Assembly (NCBI GenBank): GCA_964636285.1
Contig: CAZWQF010000002.1
Location: 9,669-73,668, forward strand
Origin: an uncultured Candidatus Saccharibacteria bacterium
GTDB lineage: Bacteria > Patescibacteriota > WWE3 > UBA101185 > 2-01-FULL-41-18
Direction of reading: 5' to 3'
Length of the DNA: 64,000 bases
Shown: positions 10,067-20,304 of the stretch, in pieces
How the letters are laid out: each line of letters starts with the position of its first letter
Numbering within the stretch: position 1 is the stretch's first letter
Notes under the pieces: model-generated
Database searches by the model: none
Told to the model about the DNA's origin: nothing
The model's input: the letters and a program-made list of their open reading frames with translations, nothing else
Translations under genes and position numbers: made by a program

Positions 10067-10420
10067 TTAGAAAGGTCTTTTCTTTAAGAAAAGGAAACTA
10101 CCAGTTGAAAGCCCGGCAGTTAGTAGGCCTGTAATAGTGGAAAATTCAGGTACTTCTTTTGCTTTGCACTTATCTTTATGCTCACCATTTCTTTTGCATC
10201 TTTTGTTACCCTTTTCATCTCTATCTTCTCTTTCATTGTCTCTATCACCCTCTTCATGATTGTCTCTGTCATCATTTCTTGATTCCCTACCCTGCTCTTC
10301 TCTGCCTCTGTTGTCTTCAGCCTTTGCAAGTGAAGGTACTGAAATAAACACAGTAAAGGCTACAAAAAGTGCAAATGCGAATTTAAATTTTGATATCCTA
10401 GAGTAATCGCTGTGAACCAT
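10067..10420 (-). CDS. Small secreted Asp/Glu/Arg-rich protein with a C-terminal PEF-CTERM-like sorting signal
   Basis: Signal peptide (FAFALFVAFTVFISVPSLAKA). About 60 aa of extreme charged low complexity follow, with two Cys. The tail is VPEF + hydrophobic helix (STITGLLTAGLSTGSFLFL) + KKRPF. Confidence 0.55.
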   Translation of the reverse strand: MVHSDYSRISKFKFAFALFVAFTVFISVPSLAKAEDNRGREEQGRESRNDDRDNHEEGDRDNEREDRDEKGNKRCKRNGEHKDKCKAKEVPEFSTITGLLTAGLSTGSFLFLKKRPF

Positions 10421-10442
10421 AAGGTGGACTATACACTATGCC

Positions 10443-11591
10443 TTATTTATTATCAAGTGTTTTTGTAAAAATTGAAGCCTGAGCAGCTTGTCTTGAAGCA
10501 AGTAGAACTTCAAAAGATGGAACTGGGCTAGTGTTATTCCTCAACTTTTGAATTATAGGAAGTATTGACTGATCAAAGTAGAAATAAGTCTCAAGAAGTT
10601 CCAGACTATTCTGAGGGTCGTAGTTTTTATTGGTTTTTGATGCTGAAGCCGTTTTGTCCCATGCAGCCGTAGAGTTAACAAACTCTGCATGCTTTTTTTG
10701 ACCGTTTACATATGGAATTAAAAAGTCTACAGATTTCTTAATTGAGGCACCTGAAGAGGATGTGTAAGTAAACAAATCAACACCTTTATTTCTTGCCTCT
10801 CTAGCTAGAGAAACAAGGGGCATGAGATTGTATACATGATAATGAAGTGCATCTCTTTCTACAAAATCAAGGCTTGTTCCGTCAGTTTTTAAATTTTGAT
10901 CAATCTGCTTCTTGAATTCAACTATACCTTTTGATGCAAGTTCAGCATTATCTGTAGTTAGGCCTATGAGAGTAATGAGCTGTACTCTATGCGAATTCCA
11001 GTTATTTAAGTCTCTCCCATCGTTATATTTTATTGCCAACTCTTTCTGCCCAATTGAAATAAGCCAGTTATCAATTCTGGATCTGGACGCTGAGTCTAGC
11101 GAAGGTCTAAACCAAGTGTAACCCTTTATCATGGGTACTAGGTGACTTTCGTCTATTGAGTTTCCTGTAGTTTTATATACAGGTACCCAGGCATTCATAA
11201 AAGCATAGGCTTTTGAGGAGTATTTAGAGTCTTTAGTTTGATTATATGCAAAACCTAGTGTGTAAACTTTCCAAACATCTTTTAGTGATTCAACTGTTTT
11301 AAGTCTATCTGGATCGTTTCCTAATTTACCCTCCATACTAATTTTTGAAATGGGTCTTGGATTTTCTAGAAGGTATTTATCAGCCTCCGCAAGCTTTGAC
11401 GCAATAACCTTTGCTTCGAGCTGCTGCTGGGTAATTTCAATTCCTAGAACATTTGAAAGGCTTAAATTAAAAGAGGCTAACACAAAACCTATAATTCCTA
11501 TTGTTAAGACTAAAATACTGGATAGAAGCACAAAAACCGTGCTGAATCTTAGGTTCCCTTGTTTTTTAACTGTCTTTTTGGTCTTCTTCAT
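10443..11591 (-). CDS. Membrane-anchored polysaccharide lyase-like protein (alginate-lyase/PL5-like)
   Basis: N-terminal TM anchor. NNWNSHR resembles the alginate-lyase NNHSYW motif. Predicted alpha/alpha-toroid-type sequence. Family assignment is tentative. Confidence 0.4.
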   Translation of the reverse strand: MKKTKKTVKKQGNLRFSTVFVLLSSILVLTIGIIGFVLASFNLSLSNVLGIEITQQQLEAKVIASKLAEADKYLLENPRPISKISMEGKLGNDPDRLKTVESLKDVWKVYTLGFAYNQTKDSKYSSKAYAFMNAWVPVYKTTGNSIDESHLVPMIKGYTWFRPSLDSASRSRIDNWLISIGQKELAIKYNDGRDLNNWNSHRVQLITLIGLTTDNAELASKGIVEFKKQIDQNLKTDGTSLDFVERDALHYHVYNLMPLVSLAREARNKGVDLFTYTSSSGASIKKSVDFLIPYVNGQKKHAEFVNSTAAWDKTASASKTNKNYDPQNSLELLETYFYFDQSILPIIQKLRNNTSPVPSFEVLLASRQAAQASIFTKTLDNK

Positions 11592-11701
11592 CTTTGATAA
11601 CTAATTGTATCCTTTTTTAAATAATAAGTCTCGCTGAATTTTGGCAAAAAATAGTGTATTCTGGTACAATCTGAGTGGTCAAAAATTGACTTTTTGAGCT
11701 T

Positions 11702-11777
11702 GGCCCCGTCGTCTAGCGGTTAGGACGCCACCTTTTCAAGGTGGATATCGAGGGTTCGAACCCCTCCGGGGTCACCA
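11702..11777 (+). tRNA. tRNA-Glu (anticodon UUC), CCA encoded
   Basis: Cloverleaf read directly from the sequence: acceptor GGCCCCG/CGGGGTC, anticodon stem CCACC/GGTGG with loop TTTTCAA, T-loop GGTTCGAAC, terminal CCA. Confidence 0.85.
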
Positions 11778-11803
11778 AGTCACATTAAAATTCAAACTTA
11801 TGT

Positions 11804-12586
11804 TTAAAAAGGTTTTTTTGCCAGCACTGTAGTATACGCACTGTGGAGGGGATCAATTTTAGTACACAACTTCCCAAGCGAGTAAGGAAGTGGGTAGTAA
11901 CCAATGTTATCTACTTGTGAAACTTCAAATTTGTGAAACTTTAGAAATTCAACTAGTGCTTTCATAGTAAAAATTCTTAAATGTGACCACGAGCCCCCAT
12001 CACCATCAAAGAGCTTGAACATTTTGCCGATACCCGTTGTATTACTCACATCTGATGGAAATGGCTGAAACCCTAGGAAAAGAGCAAAAATATTATGCCA
12101 ACTACTCAAATTGTTTGTGGAGATAACAAAATAACCTCCAGGCTTCAAAACTCTGTAGACTTCATCAACAAATCGGTCTGTATCCTTTAAGTGTTCAATT
12201 ACTTGATTTGCTGTAACCAGGCTAAAAATACCATCTTTAAAAGGCAAAGGATTATTTAGATCGCCCACTGAAGCTTTAATGCCCAGTTTTTTGGCTTTCT
12301 TTACCGCAACATTTGAGATTTCAATACCATAAGAACTTGAAGGCATTACTTTGGAGGCAACTTTTTTTGTTAATTTACCATCATCGCATCCACAGTCTAG
12401 ATACTCTCCTGTATCCAACCTTGGAGAAAGTCTTATGACACTTTCAAAAGTTCCAAGATAGGATTTACTGTACTCAGAAATGAATAATTTTTTTAGCATA
12501 CCACCCCAACAATAAAATAGGCTTCTTAGATCAGATACTATCACTAAATGGATATAGTATCTCAATAACTCCAATTTAAGCGTCAC
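11804..12586 (-). CDS. Class I SAM-dependent methyltransferase
   Basis: Methyltransf_11-like motifs (LDCGCDDGKL...VLKPGGYFVIST). Confidence 0.7.
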   Translation of the reverse strand: MTLKLELLRYYIHLVIVSDLRSLFYCWGGMLKKLFISEYSKSYLGTFESVIRLSPRLDTGEYLDCGCDDGKLTKKVASKVMPSSSYGIEISNVAVKKAKKLGIKASVGDLNNPLPFKDGIFSLVTANQVIEHLKDTDRFVDEVYRVLKPGGYFVISTNNLSSWHNIFALFLGFQPFPSDVSNTTGIGKMFKLFDGDGGSWSHLRIFTMKALVEFLKFHKFEVSQVDNIGYYPLPYSLGKLCTKIDPLHSAYTTVLAKKPF

Positions 12587-12670
12587 TCAAACCGGCGTAT
12601 AACTTTGCAACACTTTTTGCACCTTCTTCAAAAACAAGAACTGCTGGGAAAATGACATCCATATTGTCTG

Positions 12671-13156
12671 TTAAATATCATTTTCTAGCGAGTCTTCTAT
12701 CTTTTCTAAATTAATTGGAGCCATCATTTTCTTTAATTCCTTGTCCTCCGATAGATTAGCCCCCTCTTTTGTTAATTTATCCGCCATGAGCCTAATAACC
12801 TTAGTTAGTTCCTGCTCAATTATCACATCAATTTTTAGTGTAAGCTCCTCCCTCAGTTCAGCCACTCTTGAAGCTCTATTTTGCGAAATAAGAACAACAA
12901 TAGCCAAAATAATTGCTTCAAGGGACACTATCATTGTTAAAAGGCCAAAAGGAAATGGGTCAAAGGGGACAATTCCTGGAAGAATTCCAAGATTCCAGAG
13001 TACCCATGCGCAAAACCAAACTACATTAACCAACAGGAAGGTAACACTTCCAAACTTTTGTGTCATCAGATCAGCAAACTTCTCATAAGAACTTCTTTTG
13101 CTGTCTTCTCTTGCCTTAAAGCTTTGGAAAATTGTCTTGTGCTGCTCTTTATTCAT
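12671..13156 (-). CDS. DUF1003-family small membrane protein
   Basis: Two TM helices and a VSLEAIILAIVVLISQNR motif characteristic of DUF1003. Confidence 0.55.
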   Translation of the reverse strand: MNKEQHKTIFQSFKAREDSKRSSYEKFADLMTQKFGSVTFLLVNVVWFCAWVLWNLGILPGIVPFDPFPFGLLTMIVSLEAIILAIVVLISQNRASRVAELREELTLKIDVIIEQELTKVIRLMADKLTKEGANLSEDKELKKMMAPINLEKIEDSLENDI

Positions 13157-13232
13157 ACCTTTAGCTTAGAGTAAATAATATATCCGTGCACATTCTTCAG
13201 CAATGTTTTATTTGTAATAGTAGAATATTGAT

Positions 13233-14795
13233 ATGTTACGTGAGGTTGAGACACAGCACCATGGGGACTTACCAGGTGAAAAGCGATTTGAGCTTGGGAA
13301 TGAAAATCTTGCCGAAAGAGGAAAAATTAATTCTGAGCTTAAAAGGCTAGGGCTTGTGGTTATTGAAATGGATAATGTGGATCTGGATTCTGGCCGACCT
13401 GTACAAAGGTTGTTCCTTCTAGCAGAGGAAAGCAAACCTATTGCTACAAGGTTTGCTAGACCAGACTTAAATACCGAAGACACCTCATCGCTTCAGCATA
13501 GTGACAAAACAAGGTTTCAGGAAATATTAGCCGGTTTATCTCCATTTATCCTAACTATTCCAAAAGATGTTCAAAAAGAAATTGAATCTGGATTCGAGCA
13601 AAATGTTCTTAAGCCAGGTTTTAGAGCCCATATTCAGGGAGTTGTACCTCAAGAAGACTATGACTCATCTTTAATTCCAATTCGAGACATACTTGGAGCC
13701 GGAAAAGAATCTCTCACGCATCCAAGACTTCAGATTGATGTGTATGACGATAAAGGAGTATTTGTAGAGAGTATAGTTCTGCAACATATCACAAAAGATG
13801 AGGAAAAAAGAGTTGGCAGACTTAAGGCTAAGTTTGGAACTAACACAAGCCTTGAGTATAAAGAAGAGCTTGGAAAGAAAACAAGAGACCTATACAACTT
13901 TTTCCAGAACGATGGCATTGCTGATAAACCTGTAGAAGATCAGGCATCAAAAGGTCACATGGCAACTAGAAGAGGTTTAACTATGCTTGATTGCCTAGAG
14001 ATCTGTATGGACAATGATAGGCCTCAGGACTGGCTTGCAAAGGTTGATCCATACTCCCGTGATCTAAATCTTTCGGCAAGACAAAGAGAAACTCTGGACT
14101 TGATGAAACTTAGGCAGTCAGAGAAATTACAGGCAGGTCAAAACATTGAGCTTGAGAATATTTACCCAAGTGAGATGGATGTGATTAATGAGGCCCTAGC
14201 TTTAGCAGTTCAAGCATTCAGCATGGAAACAAGCACAGACCCGTCAGTTTTAGCTACACATAAAGCAACAATTGAGAGCTTAACCCACTATAGAGATACT
14301 ATTGAAAAAGGTCAGAGAAGAAACTATCACAATATAATCAGGTACGATCAATGGGAATTTAATAGGCTAAAAAACTCAAATTTTCAGGAAAAGTTAACCG
14401 AGATTCTCGGGTCTGGTCAGATTAAGTCTAGAGAGGGTACGTTTGTTAAAGGGCACTACCTAGCAAATTGCGATATTGGAAAAGACGAAGTAGGAAAGCT
14501 CCCCGCTCTGTTCATGGAAGGAAATGGATCCCCAACCTCAGAAACTCCTGTATGTATCCTTGAAACCGAAATGGTTATAACCCCTCATTTTAAACATGAA
14601 GGTTGCTCAGTAGCCTATGAAAATACAAGTTTGACTTTACTCAAAAGAATCATAGTTGCAGATGGGGATATAGAAAGCACAAAAGAGTTACTAAAGAACG
14701 AAGGGTTTGCTGACGTAGAAGTTGTTGGGTACAGCAATTGGCAGGTAGAAATGGCTTGCATAAGTGCAGCACAATTCAATCTTAAAAAATGGTAG
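13233..14795 (+). CDS. Hypothetical cytoplasmic protein (520 aa), no recognisable domain
   Basis: Long acidic ORF. Local composition looks somewhat GC-richer than the flanks. No motif recognised. Confidence 0.4.
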   Translation: MLREVETQHHGDLPGEKRFELGNENLAERGKINSELKRLGLVVIEMDNVDLDSGRPVQRLFLLAEESKPIATRFARPDLNTEDTSSLQHSDKTRFQEILAGLSPFILTIPKDVQKEIESGFEQNVLKPGFRAHIQGVVPQEDYDSSLIPIRDILGAGKESLTHPRLQIDVYDDKGVFVESIVLQHITKDEEKRVGRLKAKFGTNTSLEYKEELGKKTRDLYNFFQNDGIADKPVEDQASKGHMATRRGLTMLDCLEICMDNDRPQDWLAKVDPYSRDLNLSARQRETLDLMKLRQSEKLQAGQNIELENIYPSEMDVINEALALAVQAFSMETSTDPSVLATHKATIESLTHYRDTIEKGQRRNYHNIIRYDQWEFNRLKNSNFQEKLTEILGSGQIKSREGTFVKGHYLANCDIGKDEVGKLPALFMEGNGSPTSETPVCILETEMVITPHFKHEGCSVAYENTSLTLLKRIIVADGDIESTKELLKNEGFADVEVVGYSNWQVEMACISAAQFNLKKW

Positions 14796-16238
14796 TTAGC
14801 TCTCAATCAATCTTCCCTCTGTAAGATTTAATACTTTGTTTACTCCAACTTCCTCAACAAAATACCTATCATGTGATACCAGCAGAAGCGTACCTTCAAA
14901 TTCGCTCAGAGATTTTTCAAGTACTTCTTTTGTCTCTATATCAAGGTGGTTGTCTGGTTCATCCAAAATCAAAAGATCATAATCTTTATATGCAAATATT
15001 GAAAAAGCAAACCTTGCCCTCTCCCCTGGACTTAAAAACTTAACTTTCTTTTGCGAAGAATCCTTATCAAAAAGAAACTTTTTAAGATACCCGTGAGCTA
15101 GGCCTATGGAGCATCCAGTTTTTTCAATAAATTCCTCAAAAACCGAATTTTTTGTGTTCAGCTCTGCCTGAACTTGAGAGTAGTAGCCAATTTTAATATT
15201 CTCCCCTACTTTTATGTTCCCACTTGTTACTTCAGTATCCCCCATGATCATTTTAATAATTGATGATTTTCCAGCCCCATTCGGCCCAAATAACCAGACT
15301 TTTTCTTTCCCTCTAACTTCAAAATTTAAATCGGAAAAGAGACTCTTCTGCCCATATGATTTACCTACATTATCAAATCTCAAAACTAGCTTGCCTGAAT
15401 GAATATCAGTATCAAACTCCAAAGCTTTAATTTTCTTTGATTCATATTTTGTTTTTTCATTTGCAGTAATTTCTCTATCAATTCTCTTCTTGGCAGCCTG
15501 AACTGCCTTTCCTCTTTTTGTCCCGTCTTTAATCTTTCTTACATTCTCAAGAAGTTTTTCTAGCTGACTCTTTCGTTTTAAAAATAGTGTGTATTCTTGA
15601 TCCCACTTTTCAATCAGTTTATTTTTCTCAAGTTTGTAATTATCGTAATCACCTACAAATCTTAATAATTTTTGATTTTCAAGCTCCCAAATTTCGTCAA
15701 CAGTATTATTTAAAAAAACTCTGTCATGCGAAATCATGATTACCGTTAAGGGAAGCTTTCTGATGTAATCCTCAAGCCAAATTATTCCTTCAATATCTAA
15801 ATGGTTTGTAGGCTCATCAATAAATAGCGTTGTAGGATTTGATAGTAGAATTTCAATGAGCTTAACTTTCATTTTCTGGCCTTCACTGAGGGTATCAAGC
15901 ATTTGGTATTGGTCAAAATTATGAAATTTAAGCTGGCTTGCTAGAGTCTCAATTCTGTGAGCTTCCCATTGATTATCAAGAAAGGACTCAAGATACACGC
16001 CAACCATTTCATTCGGGAAGTGAAATTCTTGTGGGATATATCCTAAAACCTCATTCTGAATGTTTAAAACACCTGATGTAATGTCCTCCACTCCGTTCAA
16101 AAGTTTAAATAATGTAGATTTTCCACACCCGTTTCTTCCTACAAGGCCAATCTTCTTTTTATTCCCCACAGAAAACTCAATCTTTGAGAAGATTTCCGTA
16201 CCCACGTAACTTTTTGTAAGATTTCTGGCCATTATCAC
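14796..16238 (-). CDS. ABC-F family ATPase (tandem ABC domains, no TMD; translation-factor type)
   Basis: Two Walker A motifs (GRNGCGKST, GPNGAGKSS) and two ABC signature motifs (LSEGQK, LSPGER) with an inter-domain linker. Confidence 0.8.
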   Translation of the reverse strand: MIMARNLTKSYVGTEIFSKIEFSVGNKKKIGLVGRNGCGKSTLFKLLNGVEDITSGVLNIQNEVLGYIPQEFHFPNEMVGVYLESFLDNQWEAHRIETLASQLKFHNFDQYQMLDTLSEGQKMKVKLIEILLSNPTTLFIDEPTNHLDIEGIIWLEDYIRKLPLTVIMISHDRVFLNNTVDEIWELENQKLLRFVGDYDNYKLEKNKLIEKWDQEYTLFLKRKSQLEKLLENVRKIKDGTKRGKAVQAAKKRIDREITANEKTKYESKKIKALEFDTDIHSGKLVLRFDNVGKSYGQKSLFSDLNFEVRGKEKVWLFGPNGAGKSSIIKMIMGDTEVTSGNIKVGENIKIGYYSQVQAELNTKNSVFEEFIEKTGCSIGLAHGYLKKFLFDKDSSQKKVKFLSPGERARFAFSIFAYKDYDLLILDEPDNHLDIETKEVLEKSLSEFEGTLLLVSHDRYFVEEVGVNKVLNLTEGRLIES

Positions 16239-16268
16239 AATGTAAATATACCATCAGATGCTGTAGAA

Positions 16269-17456
16269 TTGGTGACTGTTATGTTTAAAGACAATAAAAA
16301 TTTACTGGTGATAGCTGTAATCGCAGTTGTTAATGCACTTGGATATGGAATTGTAATACCTATTTTGTACTCGTATTCCAAGCATTTTGGCCTCACGGAT
16401 TGGCAGAATGGGCTTTTATTTTCCACGTTTTCATTCTGCGCCTTTATATCTACACCTATAATAGGTAAATTATCTGATAAGTACGGGAGAAGACCGTTAC
16501 TTCTTATTTCTGTAGCAGGAACGGCAATATCATTTTTCATGCAGGCGTTTGCTCCTAATGCTATCTTTTTATTCTTAGCTAGGGCACTTGATGGCCTTAC
16601 TGCAGGAAATATATCTGTAGCTTCAGCAATTATTGCAGATACAACTAAGCCCCAGGACAGAGCAAAAGGCTTTGGAATTATTGGAGCGGCATTTGGATTT
16701 GGATTTGTTGCTGGCCCTGCTATTTCAGCTTCAACGGTTGGGATTTGGATGCCTTTACCTTTTGTAATTGCCGGCGTTGTGACTACAATTTCTTGGATAC
16801 TTACATACTTTGTTCTTCCAGAAACTAATGCACATAAGGGGCAGATTGCTCACGACAACACATTTGACCTTACTCATCTTTGGCACGGACTTTTTGACTC
16901 AAAGCTGGGAAATACCTTTAAAATAACGATTTTATATTCAATAGCATTCTCCTGCGCTATGATGTACGGTTTTCAGCCTTTTGCAAAAAATATACTTAAG
17001 CTTTCCGACTCCTCTATTTCTATGGCTTTTGTTTTCATAGGGGTTGTAGGACTGATTATGCAAAGCTTTTTTGTTCAAAAAATCAGCAAGTCACTTGGAA
17101 CTATGAGGGCGTTTAAGATTTCGGTGTTAATTGTTGCTTCCGCATTTCTTTTATACTGCTTAGTTAACAGCTACTTTAGCTTGATTTTGGTTATGATTGT
17201 TATGGCAAGTGCAAATTCGCTTGCCCAGCCACTCATTAACACAATTTTATCGCTTGAAACCGAACCAAAAAACCAAGGGCATGTAATGGGAATGAACACT
17301 TCGTACATGAATGCAGGTCAAATATTCGGGCCAATTATAGGAGGATTAATTGCTTCCTATTACATCAGAGGTGTTTTTGTTTTTGGAGCTTCGTTATTGC
17401 TAGTTTGTATATTTCTTGCAAGAAAAATCTCAATTCAAAACAATGGAGCGCATTAA
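16269..17456 (+). CDS. MFS transporter
   Basis: 12 TM helices and the MFS loop motif GKLSDKYGRRPLL. Confidence 0.75.
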   Translation: MVTVMFKDNKNLLVIAVIAVVNALGYGIVIPILYSYSKHFGLTDWQNGLLFSTFSFCAFISTPIIGKLSDKYGRRPLLLISVAGTAISFFMQAFAPNAIFLFLARALDGLTAGNISVASAIIADTTKPQDRAKGFGIIGAAFGFGFVAGPAISASTVGIWMPLPFVIAGVVTTISWILTYFVLPETNAHKGQIAHDNTFDLTHLWHGLFDSKLGNTFKITILYSIAFSCAMMYGFQPFAKNILKLSDSSISMAFVFIGVVGLIMQSFFVQKISKSLGTMRAFKISVLIVASAFLLYCLVNSYFSLILVMIVMASANSLAQPLINTILSLETEPKNQGHVMGMNTSYMNAGQIFGPIIGGLIASYYIRGVFVFGASLLLVCIFLARKISIQNNGAH

Positions 17457-19933
17457 TTTTTAGGGGAATGGATTAGTTTAAGTGTTGTATCCTCTGAAGT
17501 AGGAACGCCTTTAATTCCCATAAACGAAGGGGTTTTAACTCTTTTATACTCCTTGATTGCATAAGCATCCTTTGATGCAGTAATTTTCCAGTCTGAAATT
17601 ATCATTGAGACCAAATCTATAGCTTCGTCATCGTGCATATTAAACATTTCACCATACCACCCAAGCGGTACATGTAACCCAAACTCAGTGTCTGTGCCGG
17701 GAATTATGTAAGAGCAATCATATTGGTTGTAGGTTTCATCCGCAACATCCATTCGCACAATCACTTCTGATGCCCCTTTTGTTGTTAAAAAAGGAGTAGT
17801 TGGAACTTCCACAGTTGTAGTAACAGGGCCATCGCCCTTTGCAAGCCTACAGGGGGTGTTACAAACCATCAATTGCTTTGGAGTTACATCTCCCTTGCCT
17901 GATAAGGTAAAGTCCTCATCAGGGGTAAGTTCTATTGTTCCAGAGTACTCCTCATCAAATCCTGGGCAGATACTGCTTTGACCAATAAAGTGAGATGAGA
18001 TTTCTATCTTAAAGTAAGCACATTTGAGTGACATGTCTTTTATGTGATCAACATCAAGTCCAGACACACCATCAAGCCCTAGGCTTTCTGCAAGTGCATA
18101 GTACCTTAATAAGATGGATGCTTGCGAAGGGTCTTTTTCTTGAACACATGCTTTATGCGATCTTTCTGAAGCTGATTTTATAGCTTTGGCTAAAAGCTCT
18201 CTTCCCATCTTTATATTTCCACCCTGTTTGTCGTCAAGATCTAATGATTGAACGGCCTGAAGCCAAATTAGATACTCTTTTGCTGCAGGAACAATGTCTT
18301 CATCTTTTGTTTGTGCAGAATCTAGGTAAGGTTTTACACCTTCTTTCCACCAATTTGAAAGTATGTCTGAGAATCCATTTTTCTGGACTTCCGTAAAAGT
18401 ATCATTCATGCCAAAACCTTGTAGTGTTTGAATCCAGCTTAAAATGCTGAGTATATCCTGCTGAGCTTGAACCCTTACATTGTTATTTATCTCTTTTTCT
18501 TTAAATGTGTCAGGTACTGTTATAAGTCCAAATCCTGAAAAGTGCATTACAGGAACTCTGACAGTATTCCCTTCAGCTGAGGCCGGGAAATATATCATGT
18601 TTTCCCCACCATTTTCATAAGCAAAAGCAAGTAATTTTCCTTTTGGCTCTTGATTCAGATTTATTGTAAGCACGGCCGTTTTGCTAAGAACTGCATCAGG
18701 AGCTTTAAAATCTACACCTCCAATAAAATTTGCCTCTTTAGGAAGGCCTGAAACACCGTAAATAGGAGCTGCCTTGATTTCCGCTCCCCAAACAATAGAA
18801 TTTTTGCCAACTGAAAGTTCGTATGTATTTGTGGAATCGGAGACCTGAATGTTCCCTCCCTTAAGACCAACCTTGGCAGATTTTCCGAAAGAACTAACTG
18901 CTACAACCCCACTCTTATTCTTTGCAAACCTTCCAAAAACAGGCAGTTTAGATGCGTTTGGAGAAACAAACAAATAGGCGCTGGTAAAAAGAACTAACGC
19001 TACGGCAACAACAATTGCATTTCTTTTTAATGTCGCAGGAGAAGGTTTAAAATCTGCAAACGAAATAACAACAAGCACAATACCTAGTAGTACAAGAAGC
19101 TCAAAAATAGAATTACTTGTCTGCTGGTAGAGTACAAAGGGCTTGAATGTAATTGCCTGAATAACCAGTGTTGCAATATCAGAAAATTGCTTTGGAAGAA
19201 ATTTAGCTAGAAAGAACGAAATCTTAGTGGGGTCACCTGCAAAGGTTGTGATTAGAAATAACCCTAAAGCTCCATAGAGTGACGTTAAACCAGTCCAGAA
19301 TAAAATACCTGAAATGCCCTTCCCAAGGCTCAGCAATATTACTAGCGCAAATAAAACGGCGCTTACTGCTATAGCTACAGTCAAGCCGTACTTTTGAATC
19401 CAAACTAAAGATTTTACCCAAAAGAGGTAGTTTCCGAGTTTAATGGTAGGCGTGTCCTTAATCAATTTGGAAAAATCAGGCATGGATTCCACGGAATCTT
19501 CGCCACCCTCCTCTTTTATTTGGTCTTTAAACTGCTCAAGATACGCTGAAACTTCCTCAACATTTATGTCAGTTTGGCTAACTAGCTTGTCCTTAATATC
19601 TAAAAATGATATTTCAGGCTCTTTTTCCGATTTTCCGGTTGCCCAAGCTTCGGTTTGATCTACAACCAACTCTACCTTCCCTTGAATGTATTCGGGCGTG
19701 AGAAAGGAGTTGTTTGCAAAGGGATTTTCTTCGCCCTCACTTGAGCTTTTAATTGTAGATATAATGGATTCGTAAAGATTCGAACCTGACAATGCTCTTT
19801 TTATGGAATTTGCGTCAAAGGAGCTTTGCTTTACTGAATAGAGCCCCACTAACAACGGAGTTAAAATAACAAATGCAGGCAATATAAATAGTTTAAATAT
19901 GTTTTTGAACATGTGAGCAGGCTGTCCACACAA
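17453..19933 (-). CDS. Large membrane/surface protein of unknown function (826 aa)
   Basis: N-terminal TM/signal, a mid-protein cluster of TM helices, and a long predicted extracytoplasmic C-terminal region. No catalytic motif recognised. Confidence 0.4.
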   Translation of the reverse strand: MCGQPAHMFKNIFKLFILPAFVILTPLLVGLYSVKQSSFDANSIKRALSGSNLYESIISTIKSSSEGEENPFANNSFLTPEYIQGKVELVVDQTEAWATGKSEKEPEISFLDIKDKLVSQTDINVEEVSAYLEQFKDQIKEEGGEDSVESMPDFSKLIKDTPTIKLGNYLFWVKSLVWIQKYGLTVAIAVSAVLFALVILLSLGKGISGILFWTGLTSLYGALGLFLITTFAGDPTKISFFLAKFLPKQFSDIATLVIQAITFKPFVLYQQTSNSIFELLVLLGIVLVVISFADFKPSPATLKRNAIVVAVALVLFTSAYLFVSPNASKLPVFGRFAKNKSGVVAVSSFGKSAKVGLKGGNIQVSDSTNTYELSVGKNSIVWGAEIKAAPIYGVSGLPKEANFIGGVDFKAPDAVLSKTAVLTINLNQEPKGKLLAFAYENGGENMIYFPASAEGNTVRVPVMHFSGFGLITVPDTFKEKEINNNVRVQAQQDILSILSWIQTLQGFGMNDTFTEVQKNGFSDILSNWWKEGVKPYLDSAQTKDEDIVPAAKEYLIWLQAVQSLDLDDKQGGNIKMGRELLAKAIKSASERSHKACVQEKDPSQASILLRYYALAESLGLDGVSGLDVDHIKDMSLKCAYFKIEISSHFIGQSSICPGFDEEYSGTIELTPDEDFTLSGKGDVTPKQLMVCNTPCRLAKGDGPVTTTVEVPTTPFLTTKGASEVIVRMDVADETYNQYDCSYIIPGTDTEFGLHVPLGWYGEMFNMHDDEAIDLVSMIISDWKITASKDAYAIKEYKRVKTPSFMGIKGVPTSEDTTLKLIHSPKN

Positions 19934-19971
19934 ATAATAAGCCTACAGAATTGTAGTTGTAAAGGTTTTAG

Positions 19972-20304
19972 CTAACCCTTAACTTCTTCTTCCTGATGAG
20001 CTTCTTTCTGAATTGTTTTCCAGTGATAGAGGTATAAAGGAGCACCTATGAGAATCATAGAAACTGCTTCAGAAAATTCTCTTTCTTTCTGCCTTTTTTG
20101 ATCCCTTTTTTGCCTATCTTCCATCTCCTGAGGTGAAAGTAAACTGCTCTCATCTTTGATTGGGTATGTTTCATAGGAGTCGGCGTCCTTAAATACAAAG
20201 GTTTTAAGTGCAAGGTTAGAAAGCCTTATGCCTCCAATAACAATTATCAATAAACCTACAAACGAGAACAAGTAAAGATATAAAAGACGAACGTTAATTT
20301 TCAT
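19972..20304 (-). CDS. Small membrane protein
   Basis: 110-aa ORF with an N-terminal TM helix and a charged C-terminus. Co-directional and abutting the 826-aa gene. Confidence 0.35.
   Translation of the reverse strand: MKINVRLLYLYLFSFVGLLIIVIGGIRLSNLALKTFVFKDADSYETYPIKDESSLLSPQEMEDRQKRDQKRQKEREFSEAVSMILIGAPLYLYHWKTIQKEAHQEEEVKG

Noticed and set aside
10120-10347. Overlapping ORFs 10120-10329 (-) and 10159-10347 (+) with Cys/His-rich or charged translations
   Set aside because: Both lie inside the CT/GA-biased low-complexity stretch that encodes the charged core of the PEF-CTERM-like protein. The alternative frames are compositional artefacts.
13208-13483. ORF 13208-13483 (-) upstream of or overlapping the 520-aa gene
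   Set aside because: Ser/Leu-rich low-complexity translation antisense to a longer ORF. No support.
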